A stretch of DNA of 64,000 bases from Amphiscolops sp. MND2022 (lineage: Eukaryota), in NCBI GenBank assembly GCA_964187785.1, contig OZ076409.1, positions 36,272,001 to 36,336,000 of the forward strand. The letters are read 5' to 3'. The position numbers and the translations under genes were made by a program. Positions 60,122 through 64,000 of this stretch are shown here, in pieces (position 1 is the stretch's first letter; each line of letters begins with the position of its first letter). The notes under the pieces were generated by a model. The model had not been told where the DNA came from. It did not search any database and worked only from the letters and a program-made list of their open reading frames with translations.

Positions 60122-63102
60122 ATTCTCTTCAAAATCTTTTGGGTCACTCTCTATCCTTGATATAGCCTCTCTTACAATTTAGAGGAAGACAAGCACAGAT
60201 CACAAGTAATACAAATAACTTGAAAATACTCAACCTTTTTATACAAATACTGTGGGAAATATTGGTCATTGATGGTCGGGAGCTGTAAACTCGGTTATTT
60301 CTATGCATCCGTGATACAACAGCACCTTGAACTAACTTCAATCATTTCACGAAGTGCGCACAATTGTTGCTAAGATTAACAGGTGATCGCAGTACGGCTG
60401 TGTGAAGACTTGCCTCTAAGTTTCAAGAGATTTGATCCTGGAGAATTGTTTTTAAAGGTTATGACATGGAACCTCATGGCTCCATGCATAAAATTTCAGA
60501 TGTGTGCAACTCTTCGAATACTTCTGAAAATTTGAATGAATAATAACTGTTTAGACTCCGTAATCTCCACTTATCGCAATGATTTACTATACTATTATTG
60601 AAATCATACAGTAATTTGTCTGAGTTACGAGGAATAAAGCTGTTGCAAGCAATGATAATATTATTTTTCTGTGGCTTTTCATGCCCAAAAACATACTTTA
60701 TTTTGACATTTTATCCCAAAACGAAGTCCCCATCAAATGATGTTCAGCTCACAGCACGACAGAAAAATCATGTCATCAAATAGAATTGTTAGGTCTACAT
60801 TTTCCAAGCTCCGATGAATTCTAACCATTATACGTTTTGATGCCATTAGGTCAAGCTTACTTCACTAGTTCTTGTAGGTATGCTCAGAGAGAATTTGCGC
60901 CAACTCTTCACTTTTTTCAAGAAGCTAATCAGAGAGCAACAAATCGATCAACTTGGAACTAATTAGCGGTAGCAAATGGGAATCTCTGCATATTTATTTC
61001 CTATCTCAAATTCATCCATGCCTATTCTTGGCCAATTAGTGAGCAGAAAATACCCAGCCGATACGAATCAAAAGTTGAACTCTGCAGCTTGCAGTTACTA
61101 GTGATTTCTCAATAACGAAAACTCCCTCAAAATTTGAAATTCAATAGCCTGCTGCAAAGTGACACAGTGTCAATACATTGTGCCTGATGAAAAAATTTCC
61201 CTTGTGTCCTCACTTTGTGATTCGATCTGTTTTGAAACTGCTTCTGTTTCAAAGTTATTTCGCTGTTATTTTGCAAATTTTTGATCAGTACATAGTGTGC
61301 TGTTGAAAGTAAATTTGAGGTTTTGAATTTTGTGACGGAAGAAAGATTGTCGTAGGATTGCAATACAAGCCCGCAATTAGGGAACCGACGACATTCTTGC
61401 ACTGTTATTACTATATTCTAATCAGCGAAAGACGTATTCAAGTGATACTGTACGCTACATCATTTTCCACTGACATTTCAAATGGGAAAGAAAATTTATT
61501 TCTCAGCCGCGTTTTTTCAAGTCTTGCTAAATTCCAATTTTATTATTTGAAACGATATTTTTCCCACAGAATTGAACGACGAAAAAAGTTCATAGCTCAT
61601 GTTTCTTTCGAGATCTATGATTTTTTTTCAAAACTTCTCTCAAAGTGTTCCGCAAAAGGGCACTGCCTAGAGGAGCAAATCATTTGAAACCTTTAAGACG
61701 CATATTTTAGTCAGTTCATATACCAATATCCCAGCGTTGAGAAGATTTCCCCAATGAATTTGGTTGGTTTTTTGCAACTGCCATGTTTTTTACTATGCAG
61801 TTTCCTAGCGTAAAAAACTCCATCGATACTTATCCTCCCCTAGATGGTGGCATCTTTTGTAAAAAGAAATAATAGCAAAGCTAAAAAGGCCGTGCTTTGT
61901 GGAAGCATTATCTCAGTTGATTGACAAAAGTCTATTACTATCTTGTTTTTCAATTTACTTGCACTTTGTTTGAGAAAATAAGCCTATTTTATTAGAGTAT
62001 TGGTCCTGAAATTGTTGGTATAATCAAAACGTTTGATTGACTTTCCTGAAACGTGACATATGAGCCACCCCGGAACGTCAGACATCTCCATTTATTAAAT
62101 GTTATTTGGCACAGCGCTCGAAATATGAGGCATGCATTATAATAGCAGACACGTTAGCACAACTTTTGTGCTTTCTTGTGACATATCTCTCCGATTCAAA
62201 GCACAGTCCAATTAGATGTCCTATCTGAGAACAAATGAGACAACTTTGTTTTTTGGTCGGCGCCCCTGAACAAGATTATCACAATGACCATTTTTTAAAT
62301 TTTTTTTCAGCCTCAAACTTTTTGTTCAATTTATCGTCAGCGGTTTTACAGAAGACTCTTTGGGATTTTTTTGGTACTGTGGTATTTTTTGACGGTTTTT
62401 AATTTTTTTTACCCACCAAAAACTCTTTGAGTGCGCTATGCCTGTATCCGAAAATATCGAAAACAACCATAGTATCTCAGCTTATTTTCTAGTTCATTTT
62501 TTTTTCAATTCTTCACAACTTTGCAGCTCCGAATTGAATGGCACCACTTTTTTTGAGATAAATTCATCTACAAAAAGGAGATTTGATTGCAAAAAGAAGA
62601 TTGAATTTTCTCCAGGAGAACTGATATCACGTTTTAACGAACGAATACTTTTCACAGAGTAAGCATGTTTTGCAAAGCTATGAAAGGGTAATTTTAGCTA
62701 GAATCGTTTGAGAAAAGAGGTGAACTCTTCGTTGAGATAAAATAAGATTTAATTCGATTTCATTGAGTAGCCTAAAAATGCAACAATATGTGTTTGAATG
62801 CACCCAATTGGGACGTAAAAGGAGCAAAGATGCTAATCAAACCTACGCCCTTCGAAGGCAAGTTAAAAACCGAATAAACTTGAATCAATGCAGAAAAGGA
62901 CGCTTTAAAAGTTCTTTTATTGATCATGTTTAAATAAGGTGTCATCTTGGATACTTGTTGCCGTAAGCGACGAGACACTTTCCAGATTGAAAAAGGAACA
63001 TGATCAGTGTTTTTAAACCAAATAAATGCTTTTCGAATTAAGCAAAAACTTTTCACTAGTAGCAGTTCAACAAAACGTTTTTCTCTGGACTTCAAGTTTT
63101 TA

Positions 63103-63188
63103 TCAATCCGGACACCCAACTACTTATATGATTTTTTATAACCAATCAATGTGGATACCCAACTAGTTATATGATTTTATATAACCAA
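63103..63188. repeat. 43-bp tandem duplication (2 copies)
   Basis: TCAATCCGGACACCCAACTACTTATATGATTTTTTATAACCAA followed by TCAATGTGGATACCCAACTAGTTATATGATTTTATATAACCAA. Confidence 0.85.
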
Positions 63189-64000
63189 CTTCTGTCGCCA
63201 GTGCGCACGTATCGTGCTTGTTGCAGCCTGAAAACATTGCCTAGTGGTGATACGTTTCTATAGTCAAGTTGCTTTTTCAAACCATTTGAAAGCAGCTAAA
63301 ATGTCATGTTTGGGGCATTAATGAAGGTTATCGGAAAAAATTTGATTTGAATAGATTTGCAGAGATGTGATTACCCTTAAAGGTAAAGAAGAAAGTAAAG
63401 ATTCCGATTTCGTAAGTAAAGATAACGTATCTCTCCTCTGGATCATTGCCGGTTCGATATGATCGTCCTTGTCAACAAAGATATGTTTCAGGAATTTGTT
63501 AACACCCCAATCTTTCCACACTTGACGCTTGTAATCATCATTTGGTTTTTGAATACCCATGGTTTTTGCTCAATTTAAAAGTTCTTGATTTTTAAATTAG
63601 TTTTTCCGTTGTGTTTTACAGAGAAATCAAACGAAAAACCAATCAAACGATTTTTCAAAAAGAACTGAGGAAGGACTCTGATCCATATTTCTTATGTTTT
63701 TTAAAACTAATTTAAAAGAAGGTAGCTTTTATTCCTGGTGGTTTGACTGGGTTCCAGACGGAAAACAGCTCATGACACACTGCCAGATCTAATGGTCCCA
63801 TCTGTTCGCCAAATTGCTTGTAAATTACTGTTACCACATCCTCCATTATCAATCGACCAGATAGTAGTAGTACGTTCCGGAAGCTAATGCAGTCTTCACT
63901 AGAATATTATTCAATCTCATAAATTTTTGATACAATACGTGGCCTCGTTTTTGAGTTGGATATTAGCCACATCATTAACTTTGAGGCTTTTTTTATTAGT

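Noticed and set aside
60130..61400. Possible decayed minus-strand LINE RT (ELGKCRP, GLRFG)
   Set aside because: Motifs too degenerate to support a feature call.

Overview
AT-rich, transposon-saturated animal (probably invertebrate) genomic DNA with one 200-N assembly gap (47841-48040) and no host gene I can support. The centrepiece is a young, near-intact 14.26-kb Ty3/Gypsy LTR retrotransposon (8675-22931). It has 3.2-kb LTRs about 99% identical by eye, a TCATA target-site duplication, a tRNA-Asn primer site, a polypurine tract and a U-UUA-AAC -1 frameshift signal. Its Pol carries a complete TARG1/OARD1-type (ADP-ribose-processing family) macrodomain in frame between RNase H and integrase, and each LTR holds a variable-copy 29/30-bp hairpin tandem array. 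Around it lie a diverged inverted solo LTR of the same family, a decayed Gypsy (1-4411), a decayed full-length BEL/Pao element (29440-37199, GTGCA TSD), several decayed LINEs, two CATTAC-ended MITEs with TT duplications, Helentron/HINE-like non-autonomous elements, a Tc1-like MITE, a 38-bp GATC-rich minisatellite with 190-bp higher-order structure and an old ~190-bp satellite. All family calls come from motif recognition by eye; no database searches were run.
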